A stretch of DNA of 64,000 nt from Oscillospiraceae bacterium (GTDB taxonomy: Bacteria > Bacillota > Clostridia > Oscillospirales > Ruminococcaceae). A model generated the notes under the pieces. That model saw only the letters and a list, made by a program, of their open reading frames with translations, did not search any database and was not told where the DNA came from. The position numbers and the translations under genes are program-made. Location of the stretch: NCBI GenBank assembly GCA_022793675.1, contig JAAWDH010000020.1:3297-67296 (forward strand), written 5' to 3'. Position 1 is the first letter of the stretch, and every line of letters starts with the position of its first letter. This document shows positions 41,517 through 49,928 of this stretch, piece after piece.

Positions 41517-44102
41517 TTAGATATAGACGACGGGCAGCAGGATTTCGATTTCATTGCCGTTGTCCCAGCGGACGTTGATCCGGCAGAGGCCGCGTTCGCC
41601 TTCTTTCCCCTCCAGGATGGTGAAATAGTTGTCTTTGGCGGTCTCGCTGCCGTCTTCCGCTTCCCAGCGGACGGTAATTTCTGATGAGGAGAAGTTTCCA
41701 AATCCTATTTCCAGCAGCGCGCCGCTGGGGATGGTGTTATAGCCGATTTCTTCCGCTGCAAGCATCTGCAGCTGGCGGGCGTTCTGTTCCTCATTGTCTT
41801 CGCTGTTCCAGCGTTTGAACAAGACGGCTGTCTCTGGGATGATTTCCAACGCCATCCCTTGCGGCAGCATACGGCTTAGGTGGGCGGTGAGCACCTTGAC
41901 GGAAATGGGTAGGTCCTTGCTGGCAATATAGGCGGTGTTGGCCGGGGCGTTTCCGTCTTCCCAGCTTTCCAGTTGTAGGCCGCCTGCGCCGTCGGGGGCA
42001 AAGGACAGGATGCGGGTCAGGGTGCTGCCGTCGGTTTGCAGGACGTGGATGGCGGCTTCTATGCTGTCTGCCGCCGGATCCAGCGGCGCAGCGTAGGTTT
42101 CGCCGGGGACCCAGTTTGCCCCGTCGCTGATGTCTTGGAACATACCGCTGACCGTGACATTGAAGGTGCCAGGGATCGCGTCTTCCGGGATCGTAATGGT
42201 GAAGCTGCCGTTTTCGTAACGGATACCGCTTTGGATCTTATCGACCATAATCTGGCGTTCGTAGCTTGCAAATTCCGGTTCCAGTACCTCGGTTTTGTAA
42301 GCTTTCAGCTGGTCGAGAAGGGGCGCGTCTTCGCTTAGGGAAGTCTTCCCTTTCAGCCAGTCCATATACTCGAACATAGCTGCTTTTTGGTCTTCCCTGC
42401 TGAAGGTGATATGGCCGTCTAAGCTGCTGCAGAGTAAGAAGCTGTCAAGGAGGTGGTTATTCAGTTTGGCCGTGAAGCCGGCGATTTCCTCTGGCTCAAA
42501 CTCCATCCCATGCGGCCCAGTCGTCATTGCAAAGGATACCGAGGCTTCATCGGCGATCTGCGTTTCGCCCTTCTCGTTCAGCCAGAACAGCTGGTAGCTG
42601 TATTCTGCCGCGCCTTGGTAGACGGCGGGGCTATAACAGAGGAGGTAGTCTTTGCCGTCTATGGCGCAGAGGCTGTAGGCGCGCCAGCCCACATGGGAGG
42701 TGGAGGCTATATCGCTCCAAAGGGTTTCCCCAGCGGCATTGGTTACGGTGAGGGTAACGTTGCCGTTGCCGTTTTCCAGCCCGGTCAAGTCGCAGGTTAT
42801 CGTTTCTGCCGTCCCATCATGGGTCAGGTCAGCGGTGAAGGTGGTCGTATCTGGGTAATAGGCGTCATTCTGCTCTTTTAGGAAGGTTTCAAAGCCGCCT
42901 TCGCGGATATCCATTTCCCCGCCGAATGGGGACGACAACAGGACATAGTCCGGCGGGCCTTCCATTTCTCCGCTGCCGGCCGTCAGCGTCCAGCCGTTTT
43001 CCTTTAAAGGGTAACGCATCACATAAAGGCCGCTGCCGATGTCTTCCCCTTCAAAGCCTGCAAGGTCGTCCCAGGAAAGCCCTTCCCCTTTTTGGGCAAG
43101 CGCGCGGACGTCATCGATACCCATTGCCTGGAGGCTGCCGCTGGGGGGAGCGCTGCCTGCCGCGGTCCTGGGGTTGGCGGCCAAACCCAGCGCCAGCGCT
43201 GCTGCCGCCGCCATAGCCGCCGCCGTCAACCAGAAGGCTGGTTTCTTATAATTCAGCACATTTTTGATTCTCATCTTGATATTCTCCTCTCCAAAGGCCA
43301 GCGGGCCGGCGTACCAAACCTGCCGCCCTGCCGCCATTGACAAAAGCGAAGCCGAATATTCCTTTTTGATCTCCGGCCCCAGTTTTTTAAGCACTTGTTC
43401 ATCGCAGGACATTTCCATATCCGCCGCCATCAGCCGGAAGGCCAGCCAGGCCAGCGGGTTGAACCAGTGGATGCAGAGTGTAAGGTTCGCCAGCGCCTTT
43501 ATCAGATAATCCCGCCGGCGGATGTGGGTCAGCTCATGCAGCAGCACATATTCCTTTTCACGCTCCGGAAGTCCGGCTGGCAGGTAAACGCGGGGTTTTA
43601 TCAGCCCCAGCACAAACGGGGTCTTCAGCCCGGACTGCTCGTAGATATTCCCCTGCTGCCAGCGGGCGTTTTTCAGCTTCCCGTGCAGCCGGATTGAAAG
43701 GGCGGCGCTTCCGCCCAGCATCGCCGCCCCTACGCCCAGCCAAACCATAGCCAGCGCCGTCATTGCGTCGGGCCGCTTTGCCGGCGTCGGAACCGGCGAG
43801 ACATCGGCGGGAGACGTCGGCCCCGGCAGGATTTGAGCGGGCGGCAAAGGCTGCGCCGCTGCCGGCGGCGTCCAGACAGGGCCTGCGGCGGGGGACTGCG
43901 CGGCGGGTATCCTCGGCAGCAGGCTGAAGCCGCTTTCAAAAGAGACTGGGCAGCAAAGCCTGAAAAGCACGACTATCCAAAGGCAGTAGGAAGCCGTCCG
44001 GGGCGCCTTTTTCAAGCAAAACCTCGCTAAAGTTACCGCTGCGATGACAAACGATCCTGTCAGACTCATCCGTAAAACGGCGGCGAAAACCTCCCGCAGC
44101 AT
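41517..44102 (-). CDS. M56-family BlaR1/MecR1-like membrane metalloprotease with a large non-PBP extracellular domain
   Basis: HEXXH in LLHELTHIRRRDYL and the TM topology fit BlaR1. The C-terminal ~550 aa lack SxxK/KTG penicillin-binding motifs. 1-nt overlap with blaI. Confidence 0.85.
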   Translation of the reverse strand: MLREVFAAVLRMSLTGSFVIAAVTLARFCLKKAPRTASYCLWIVVLFRLCCPVSFESGFSLLPRIPAAQSPAAGPVWTPPAAAQPLPPAQILPGPTSPADVSPVPTPAKRPDAMTALAMVWLGVGAAMLGGSAALSIRLHGKLKNARWQQGNIYEQSGLKTPFVLGLIKPRVYLPAGLPEREKEYVLLHELTHIRRRDYLIKALANLTLCIHWFNPLAWLAFRLMAADMEMSCDEQVLKKLGPEIKKEYSASLLSMAAGRQVWYAGPLAFGEENIKMRIKNVLNYKKPAFWLTAAAMAAAAALALGLAANPRTAAGSAPPSGSLQAMGIDDVRALAQKGEGLSWDDLAGFEGEDIGSGLYVMRYPLKENGWTLTAGSGEMEGPPDYVLLSSPFGGEMDIREGGFETFLKEQNDAYYPDTTTFTADLTHDGTAETITCDLTGLENGNGNVTLTVTNAAGETLWSDIASTSHVGWRAYSLCAIDGKDYLLCYSPAVYQGAAEYSYQLFWLNEKGETQIADEASVSFAMTTGPHGMEFEPEEIAGFTAKLNNHLLDSFLLCSSLDGHITFSREDQKAAMFEYMDWLKGKTSLSEDAPLLDQLKAYKTEVLEPEFASYERQIMVDKIQSGIRYENGSFTITIPEDAIPGTFNVTVSGMFQDISDGANWVPGETYAAPLDPAADSIEAAIHVLQTDGSTLTRILSFAPDGAGGLQLESWEDGNAPANTAYIASKDLPISVKVLTAHLSRMLPQGMALEIIPETAVLFKRWNSEDNEEQNARQLQMLAAEEIGYNTIPSGALLEIGFGNFSSSEITVRWEAEDGSETAKDNYFTILEGKEGERGLCRINVRWDNGNEIEILLPVVYI

Positions 44103-44467
44103 TACGATCCCTCCTTATAGCCGTCAATCAGCGCCTTCAGCTCCTCGATCTGCTTATCCGACAGCTTGCGCCGTTCCATAAACGCCGTCACAAACCGCGG
44201 CAGCGAACCGTTAAAAGCCTCTTCGACGAACTGCTCGCTTTGGATGCTTTGATACTCCTTCCTAGAGATCAGCGAAGTCACCACTGCCTGCTCGTTCTTG
44301 AAAAAACCGCGGCTGCAAAGCTTTTTCAGCACCGTATAGGTGGTAGATTTTTTCCACTGGAAAGCCTCCTCGCAAAGGCGGCAAAGCTCCCCTGATGGCA
44401 GCGGTTCCCTCTCCCAGATTAGCTCGGCGAACCGCAGTTCGCCCTCTGCCAGCTGATAACGGACCAT
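44102..44467 (-). CDS. BlaI/MecI/CopY family transcriptional repressor
   Basis: 121-aa winged helix (...WKKSTTYTVLKKLCSRGFFKNEQ...). Coupled to the M56 gene. Confidence 0.9.
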   Translation of the reverse strand: MVRYQLAEGELRFAELIWEREPLPSGELCRLCEEAFQWKKSTTYTVLKKLCSRGFFKNEQAVVTSLISRKEYQSIQSEQFVEEAFNGSLPRFVTAFMERRKLSDKQIEELKALIDGYKEGS

Positions 44468-44488
44468 GGTACCTGCTCCTTTCCGCTT

Positions 44489-44507
44489 GGTCTATTTACA
44501 ATAGACC
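44489..44507. promoter_or_regulatory. BlaI-type operator dyad 1 (GGTCTATT-TAC-AATAGACC)
   Basis: Perfect 19-bp palindrome, 22 nt upstream of the blaI start. Confidence 0.6.
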
Positions 44508-44522
44508 GTCCTTATGGCTATA

Positions 44523-44539
44523 GTCTATCATGAATAGAC
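44523..44539. promoter_or_regulatory. BlaI-type operator dyad 2 (GTCTAT-N5-ATAGAC), overlapping the promoter spacer
   Basis: gtctatcatgaatagac has the same half-site as dyad 1. It lies within TTGACA-17-TAGACT (44522-44550, minus strand). Confidence 0.55.
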
Positions 44540-44574
44540 CTATTTGTCAAGGGGTTTAAAAACTTTTTTGCAAG

Positions 44575-44606
44575 TAAAAAGCGGATTCCCCGTAAAAGGA
44601 ATCCGC
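44575..44606 (-). terminator. hairpin terminator between the repeat array and the blaI promoter
   Basis: GCGGATTCC/GGAATCCGC 9-bp stem, followed on the minus strand by TTTTTA. Confidence 0.6.
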
Positions 44607-45183
44607 TGCCAAGCAGTGGTTGCCGACAGTAGGCGTCGGCCGGCGTGTCGCCGCAGACAATTCGCGGCCGGCTGTGCCGGCAGACAATTCGCGGCCGGCT
44701 GTGCCGGCAGACAATTCGCGCCGGAAATCCAGCAAGCCGGATTTCTGCTGCGGAAAGGCATAGCCGGTTCTCCCGCGGTTACGGGCAGCCGGCTGTGCCG
44801 GCAGACAATTCGCGCCGGAAATCCAGCAAGCCGGATTTCTGCTGCGGAAAGGCATAGCCGGTTCTCTCGCGGTTACGGGCAGCCGGCTGTGCCGGCAGAC
44901 AATTCGCGCCGGAAATCCAGCAAGCCGGATTTCTGCTGCGGAAAGACATAGCCGGTTCTCCCGCGGTTACGGGCAGCCGGCTGTGCCGGCAGACAATTCG
45001 CGCCGGAAATCCAGCAAGCCGGATTTCTGCTGCGGAAAGGCATAGCCGGTTCTCCCGCGGTTACGGGCAGGTGATTCCAGCTGCTCCTATCGGCAGTAAC
45101 TACCGACGCAGTAGGCGGCTATGGCTGCGCACAAAGGTACCCTAGCGATGAAAAGTCTTTGCCAAGCTTTCTTCAGAAAGCGG
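44607..45183. repeat. composite locus: 2 extra 27-bp sub-units + 4 x 94-bp tandem C units + H'-B'
   Basis: Period exactly 94 bp (units start at 44695, 44789, 44883 and 44977), with 2 SNPs between units. Followed by CCGACGCAGTAGGCGGCTATGGCTGC...GGTACCCTAGCGATGAAAAGTCTTTGCCAAGCTTTCTTCAGAAAGCG. Confidence 0.9.
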
Positions 45184-45221
45184 AAAAAAGCGGCAAGCGT
45201 CCTTAAAAGGAAGCCTGCCGC
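45184..45221 (-). terminator. terminator of the small acidic protein gene
   Basis: Minus strand: GCGGCAGGC...GCTTGCCGC, then TTTTTT. Confidence 0.7.
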
Positions 45222-45236
45222 CTGAAAGAAGCGCTT

Positions 45237-45527
45237 TTACTGTGCGTCTTCGTCTTTTTCCTTTTCAGCTTCGTTTTCGGCAAAGGGGCAGTTTTCGCAG
45301 TCCTCTTCGTCCGGCTCGTTCTCACACTCAAAGCCGCACTGGATAGGCTCTTCCTCTTCGTCGGTGAGGTTTTCCTCGTCCGCTTCGAAATACTCTTCAG
45401 GGTCGTAGTCCAGGTGGTCGGAAAGCGCTTCACTCTTGCGTTTGATAAAGGCGGCGATAGCCACAGCTGCCGCTGCGATAGCTGCCGCGCCTGCAATAAT
45501 CGATACCCAAACATTTTTCTTTTTCAT
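45237..45527 (-). CDS. small membrane-anchored acidic protein with C-terminal 4-Cys motif
   Basis: N-terminal TM helix (VWVSIIAGAAAIAAAAVAIAAFI) and a D/E-rich tail with CGFEC...CENC. A terminator follows. Confidence 0.5.
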   Translation of the reverse strand: MKKKNVWVSIIAGAAAIAAAAVAIAAFIKRKSEALSDHLDYDPEEYFEADEENLTDEEEEPIQCGFECENEPDEEDCENCPFAENEAEKEKDEDAQ

Positions 45528-45566
45528 AAGATCATTCCTTTCTGCCAGTTGTCCAGATTTTGCCCT

Positions 45567-46280
45567 TCAAATGTCCCCAGCTAGCGCAAAGATCACCGAC
45601 AGCCCGCAAAGCGGCGCTGTCTCGCAGCGCAGGATTCGCTTCCCCAGCGTTGCTGGGCGCGCCCCTGCCTGTCGGAGGATACCGACCTCTTCCGGCGAAA
45701 AGCCGCCTTCGCTGCCCACAAACAAGTTCAGGGCCTCTTCCTCCCCATTGACCAGCTCGCAGAGCCGCTGCCCGCCGCCCTCATAGAGCAGCAGGCTTTT
45801 GCCCGCCAGCGAGGCCGCCGCTTCCTTTAGCGTTACCATCGGCAGCACCTTGGGGACGATACCCCGCCCGCACTGCTTGGCGGCCTCTAAAGCGATTTTC
45901 TGATAGCGCGGGAGCTTTTTGGCCATAGCCTTCCCGTCTGGGCGGGCGACGCAGCGCTCGGTAAGCATCGGCACAATGGCCGCGGCCCCCAGCTCGACGG
46001 CCTTTTGGATAATCGTTTCCAGCTTGTCGCCTTTGGGGACAGCCTGGTAAAGCGTCACCCGCAGCCGCGGCTCGCTTTCGTTGGGGCGGCGGGCGAGTAT
46101 TTTCACCGTCACCGTCTCGCCGACAGCCAGCAGCTCGCCGTCATAGTCGGTGCCGGCCCCGTCGCAGAGGGTCACCGCTTCGCCGGGGCGCAGCCGGAGA
46201 GAACGGGAGATATGGGCAGCGTCCTCGCCGGCCAGGCAGGCTGTCTCCCCGTCAAAAGGTTCGATAAAAAACCTTGGCAA
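45567..46280 (-). CDS. rsmE: 16S rRNA (uracil1498-N3)-methyltransferase
   Basis: MPRFFIEP... N-terminus and the C-terminal SPOUT knot GSEGGFSPEE...LGKRILRCETA. Confidence 0.9.
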   Translation of the reverse strand: MPRFFIEPFDGETACLAGEDAAHISRSLRLRPGEAVTLCDGAGTDYDGELLAVGETVTVKILARRPNESEPRLRVTLYQAVPKGDKLETIIQKAVELGAAAIVPMLTERCVARPDGKAMAKKLPRYQKIALEAAKQCGRGIVPKVLPMVTLKEAAASLAGKSLLLYEGGGQRLCELVNGEEEALNLFVGSEGGFSPEEVGILRQAGARPATLGKRILRCETAPLCGLSVIFALAGDI

Positions 46281-46396
46281 AACGCTTCCTCCCCCAGTCC
46301 ATCCGGTTTTATTTAGTATATACCCATTTTGTCACAGATGCAGATTTTGCGGATGAACAAGCCATAAAATATTAGTGGACAAATTATAAATTTATG

Positions 46397-47743
46397 CTAG
46401 TCGCGGGTGACGTTCTTAATCCACTTATTCCCCCGCAGCCGGATAAAGGCAATCAGCCATTTATAGCACTGGTCGATGCGGGTGCAGAGGTAGACCACCG
46501 GCAGCGGCAGCTTCAGCACAAACCCCGATAGGAAGGTCAGCGGCAGCACCACCAGCCAGCCGCAGATCATATCGACCTTCATCACGAACTTGCCGTCGCC
46601 GGCCCCGCGGTTGATGCCCACAAAGCAGGCCGCATGGTAACAAGTGCCGATGTGGGTAAACGCCCCAATCATTAGGAACGTCGACGCCAGCGCCTTGGTT
46701 TCAGCCGAAACGTTATAGAGCATCGGCGGCAGGCTGCGGATCGAGAAGACCAACGCCGCTACGCAGACGCCGATAATCGCGAACATAATCTGGATCGTAT
46801 TCGAATATTCGCGGGTTTTGTCGTACTGCTTAGCGCCCACCGACTTGCCGATGACGACGCAGGCGCCGTTGGAAAGGCCGTTGGTGAACACCATCGCCAG
46901 CGACAGCACCACATCGGCAATCGCATTGGCCGAGGTCATCATAATCCCCAGCCGGCCGATCATCATTGCCTTGACCGTCCCGACAAGCCCCCACTGCAGG
47001 TCGCCGATCACAATCGGGATGGAATTGGCTACAAAGTCCTTGAACATCTCTCGGTTATGAACCAGCAGGTCGCGGGGCCGCATTTTCAGCCGCTGTTCCT
47101 TGTGGAACAGGTAGTAGGCCGCAATGCCGAACTCGACAATCCTCGCCAGCACCGTCGCCAGCGCCGCGCCTTCAATGCCCATCGCCGGCAGCCCCAGCTT
47201 GCCGAAAATCAGCACATAGTTGAAAATCAGGTTGGTGAACAGCGAGACGGTGGAGATGATAAGCCCCACCTTGATAATCTCGATCCAACGCAGCATCGTC
47301 ACAATGCTGTTGGCCAGCGCGAAGAAAATGTACGAGAAACAGACGATCCGCACGTAAGGCATCCCTGTCCGGATCATCTCGGCGTCATTGGTGAAAATGC
47401 GCATTACTGCCTGCGGGAACAGGAACATCAACAGCGATACCAGGCTGATGGCTGCAAAAGCGAAACGCAGGATGACCGCGAAAATCTCGCGGATATGGGG
47501 CATATCCTTCTTGCCCCAATACTGGGACACCAGAACCGCTGACCCGCCGGCAATGCCGTTAATGAGGAAGGTTAGCAGCGAGGTGGCCTGGTTGGCCAGC
47601 GAGACCGCCGCCAGCGACACGTCCCCCAGCGACCCCACCATAATGTTGTCCAGCATATTGACGCTCAGCGAGATCAGCGACTGGAATGCGGCCGGGATGG
47701 CCACAATCAGCAGGGATTTGTAAAAGCTCTTGTCTTTGACCAT
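46397..47743 (-). CDS. MATE family efflux transporter
   Basis: ~12 TM helices with a MATE-like N-terminus (SLLIVAIPAAFQSLISLSVNMLDNIMVGSLG). ATG 47743 lies behind AGGTG. Confidence 0.9.
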   Translation of the reverse strand: MVKDKSFYKSLLIVAIPAAFQSLISLSVNMLDNIMVGSLGDVSLAAVSLANQATSLLTFLINGIAGGSAVLVSQYWGKKDMPHIREIFAVILRFAFAAISLVSLLMFLFPQAVMRIFTNDAEMIRTGMPYVRIVCFSYIFFALANSIVTMLRWIEIIKVGLIISTVSLFTNLIFNYVLIFGKLGLPAMGIEGAALATVLARIVEFGIAAYYLFHKEQRLKMRPRDLLVHNREMFKDFVANSIPIVIGDLQWGLVGTVKAMMIGRLGIMMTSANAIADVVLSLAMVFTNGLSNGACVVIGKSVGAKQYDKTREYSNTIQIMFAIIGVCVAALVFSIRSLPPMLYNVSAETKALASTFLMIGAFTHIGTCYHAACFVGINRGAGDGKFVMKVDMICGWLVVLPLTFLSGFVLKLPLPVVYLCTRIDQCYKWLIAFIRLRGNKWIKNVTRD

Positions 47744-48031
47744 GATGTCACCTACCAAATCGTTATTTCATCAACCAGTATAGCACAATCCCGCCCTAGA
47801 ATCCAGCAAAAGTCAATATCGTGCTAACTTTGAAAAAGATTCTGCTAACGGCCCGCAGCCCGCGGGGCGCGTATCCCGGCACGGGTTATAAAATCGCCGT
47901 CTTTCCAACGGATTTTCTTGGTCAGGTTTTCGTCATTTTTCTGTGGGCGAAACCTAAAAAGTGTGGTATAATATTTTCCAGATAGATTTAGGCCCCACAT
48001 GGATGATGAAAAATAAAGGAGACAACTGTCT

Positions 48032-48988
48032 ATGCTGTATCTGCTCCCGATTGAAAACACGCGCCTGCTGGCGCTTACCGGCATCCTTGCCGCCTTTGCG
48101 GCCGCTTTCCCGGTTATCCAGCTCTGCCAAGGCCGCCTGCCGCGGGACGGCGGCCGCAAATACGCCGTCAACGGCGCCCTTTCCCGCGGCAAGCCCCGGG
48201 GCGCGGGCCTTCTGATGGTGCTGGTGTTCACGGCCTGCGGGATCCTGTTCGCGCCCTTTTCGGCAGAGAACCTGATTTACCTGCTGCTGACAGTAGGGGC
48301 TATGCTCAGCGGCTATCTGGACGACGCCTCCGAGACGCCGTGGGGGGAGTATAAAAAGGGGCTTATCGACCTGGCGCTGGCGCTGGCGGGGGCCTTTACT
48401 TATGTCAATTTTAACGGCTCAGCTTTGCAGATACCCTTTACGGACATTGTGCTGGCCCTGCCGCGCTGGCTGTTTATCCTGCTGGCGGTGGTGCTGATTT
48501 GGGCTTCTATCAACGTCACCAACTGCAGCGACGGGGTGGACGGGCTAAGCGGCAGCCTCAGCGTTGTGACGCTGTCGTCGTTTTTGTTCCTCTGCCTGCG
48601 CACCGACCGGTCCTTCTCGCTGCTGGTGGGGATGCTGGTTGCGGTGATTTTGGCCTACCATTGGTTCAACGCCTCGCCGAGCAGCCTGATGATGGGGGAC
48701 GCCGGTTCCCGCGCGCTGGGGCTTTTTATCGCTTTTGCCGCCCTGAAGAGCGGCAGCCCGCTGCTTTACATCCCGCTGGCGCTGGTGCTGATTCTGGACG
48801 GCGGCTTGGGGATGGCCAAAATTTCGCTCAAGCGTTTTTTGAAGATTTCCATTCTTAAAAACATCCGCACGCCGCTTCACGACCATGTGCGGAAAAATAA
48901 AGGTTGGTCGGATACTCAGGTGGTGTTCCGTTTTGTGATTATGCAGATTGCGCTCTGTTTTGCCGTGCTGGCCCCTCTGTTAGGGTAA
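48032..48988 (+). CDS. MraY-like polyprenyl-phosphate glycosyl-1-phosphate transferase (GT4 family paralog)
   Basis: LDDASE, NVTNCSDGVDGLSG, MGDAGSRALG and PLHDHVRKNKGWS align with MraY motifs. The canonical HHH is HDH here. Not in a dcw cluster. Confidence 0.8.
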   Translation: MLYLLPIENTRLLALTGILAAFAAAFPVIQLCQGRLPRDGGRKYAVNGALSRGKPRGAGLLMVLVFTACGILFAPFSAENLIYLLLTVGAMLSGYLDDASETPWGEYKKGLIDLALALAGAFTYVNFNGSALQIPFTDIVLALPRWLFILLAVVLIWASINVTNCSDGVDGLSGSLSVVTLSSFLFLCLRTDRSFSLLVGMLVAVILAYHWFNASPSSLMMGDAGSRALGLFIAFAALKSGSPLLYIPLALVLILDGGLGMAKISLKRFLKISILKNIRTPLHDHVRKNKGWSDTQVVFRFVIMQIALCFAVLAPLLG

Positions 48989-48997
48989 GCAGGCAGC

Positions 48998-49597
48998 TTA
49001 ACGCCGCCGGGCGTCCCTATGGAGGAAGTACCCCAGGTTGACCCTCACCTCCCGCCTGCCAATATCGTTGTTTGTGTAGCAACAGGTGTCAAAACCGATC
49101 AGCTCAAACCCTTGGTGAAGGTAGAAGCCGATGGCGTTCGTATTGCAGGACTGTGTTTCTAGGATGATAGCGCGCCGGTTTTGGTCTGCGGCAATTTCTT
49201 TTGCCTTATCCATCAGCCTTTTCCCGACCCCTCGATGGCGAAGCCCGTCGGATACCCATAGTTCTGTCACCATCAGCCTATTGGACCATTCCTCCGGGCA
49301 TACCTCAATGCAGGCCAGCAGCTCCCCGCCCTCGCCGACAATGCCGAAGGCTTCTGCCTTTTCCCAATGTTCCTGATATAGCGAATCGGGGAAATCATAT
49401 TCTTCAGGCGTGTGGACGATTTCCTCTTCCGCTTGTTTTTTGGTTAAGGAAATGGTGCATCCGCGGCTGTCCAGCGGCTGTATTTCCAAGTCATAGTAGC
49501 TGTCGCTTCTTGTCGCCATCGGTATCGTTGTGCCCTGCCATTTTTCTTTTGGCAGCGCGATGATTTCGTCCTTGTAAGCTACTGTTTGCTTTTCCAT
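48998..49597 (-). CDS. GNAT N-acetyltransferase, streptothricin acetyltransferase (SatA)-like
   Basis: ATG 49597 lies behind GGAGGA. WSNRLMVTELWVSDGLRHRGVGKRLM...ILETQSCNTNAIGFYLHQGFELIGFDTCCY follows the SatA/Nat pattern from memory. The ORF-track N-terminal extension lies in repeat DNA. Confidence 0.75.
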   Translation of the reverse strand: MEKQTVAYKDEIIALPKEKWQGTTIPMATRSDSYYDLEIQPLDSRGCTISLTKKQAEEEIVHTPEEYDFPDSLYQEHWEKAEAFGIVGEGGELLACIEVCPEEWSNRLMVTELWVSDGLRHRGVGKRLMDKAKEIAADQNRRAIILETQSCNTNAIGFYLHQGFELIGFDTCCYTNNDIGRREVRVNLGYFLHRDARRR

Positions 49598-49642
49598 ATG
49601 TGATCCTCCATGAATCCAAATTGCTTGTACAGGCGGCAGCAA

Positions 49643-49873
49643 GGGTACGGGGATACGAGGGGTACGGGGAGTACGACGCTTTCTGAAGAAAGCTTGGCAA
49701 AGACTTTTAATCGCCCGGGTACCCGCCGGCACAGCTTTACACGCCTACTGCGTCGGTAGGGATAGCTGGAATGACCTGCCCGTAACCGCGGGAGAACCGG
49801 CTAAATTTTTCCGCAGCAGAAATCCGGCTTGCTGGATTTCCGGCGCGAATAGTCCGCGGCGACACGCCGCCCG
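49643..49873 (+). repeat. copy A x4 - B - x - H - C' (+ C-sub')
   Basis: GGGTACGGGGATACGAGGGGTACGGGGAGTACGACGCTTTCTGAAGAAAGCTTGGCAAAGACTTTTAATCGCCCGGGTAC...CCTACTGCGTCGG...CCCGTAACCGCGGGAGAACCGGCT...GCAGCAGAAATCCGGCTTGCTGGATTTCCGGCGCG. Confidence 0.85.
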
Positions 49874-49911
49874 CAAAACACCGCCTGCGGCTGGGTATAC
49901 GCAGGCGGTGT
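49873..49911 (-). terminator. terminator of the Gfo/Idh/MocA-isomerase operon
   Basis: 12-bp perfect stem ACACCGCCTGCG/CGCAGGCGGTGT, followed on the minus strand by TTTTG. Confidence 0.75.
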
Positions 49912-49928
49912 CCGTGCTTTTGGGGATG

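Noticed and set aside
44544-44951. ORF-track calls 44540-44761(-), 44544-44951(+), 44556-44855(-) and 44645-44857(+)
   Set aside because: They lie entirely in the 94-bp tandem array. The period is not a multiple of 3, and the peptides are repetitive Arg/Cys/Ala-rich nonsense.
44639-45070. Regularly spaced repeats that could be mistaken for a CRISPR array
   Set aside because: The 94-bp units are directly adjacent and near-identical along their whole length. There are no unique spacers and no cas genes nearby. This is a tandem duplication of a dispersed repeat module.
49598-49732. N-terminal extension of the GNAT ORF (…RTPRTPRIPVP…)
   Set aside because: The extension is a translation of the 9-mer repeat tract. 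ATG 49597 has a good RBS.
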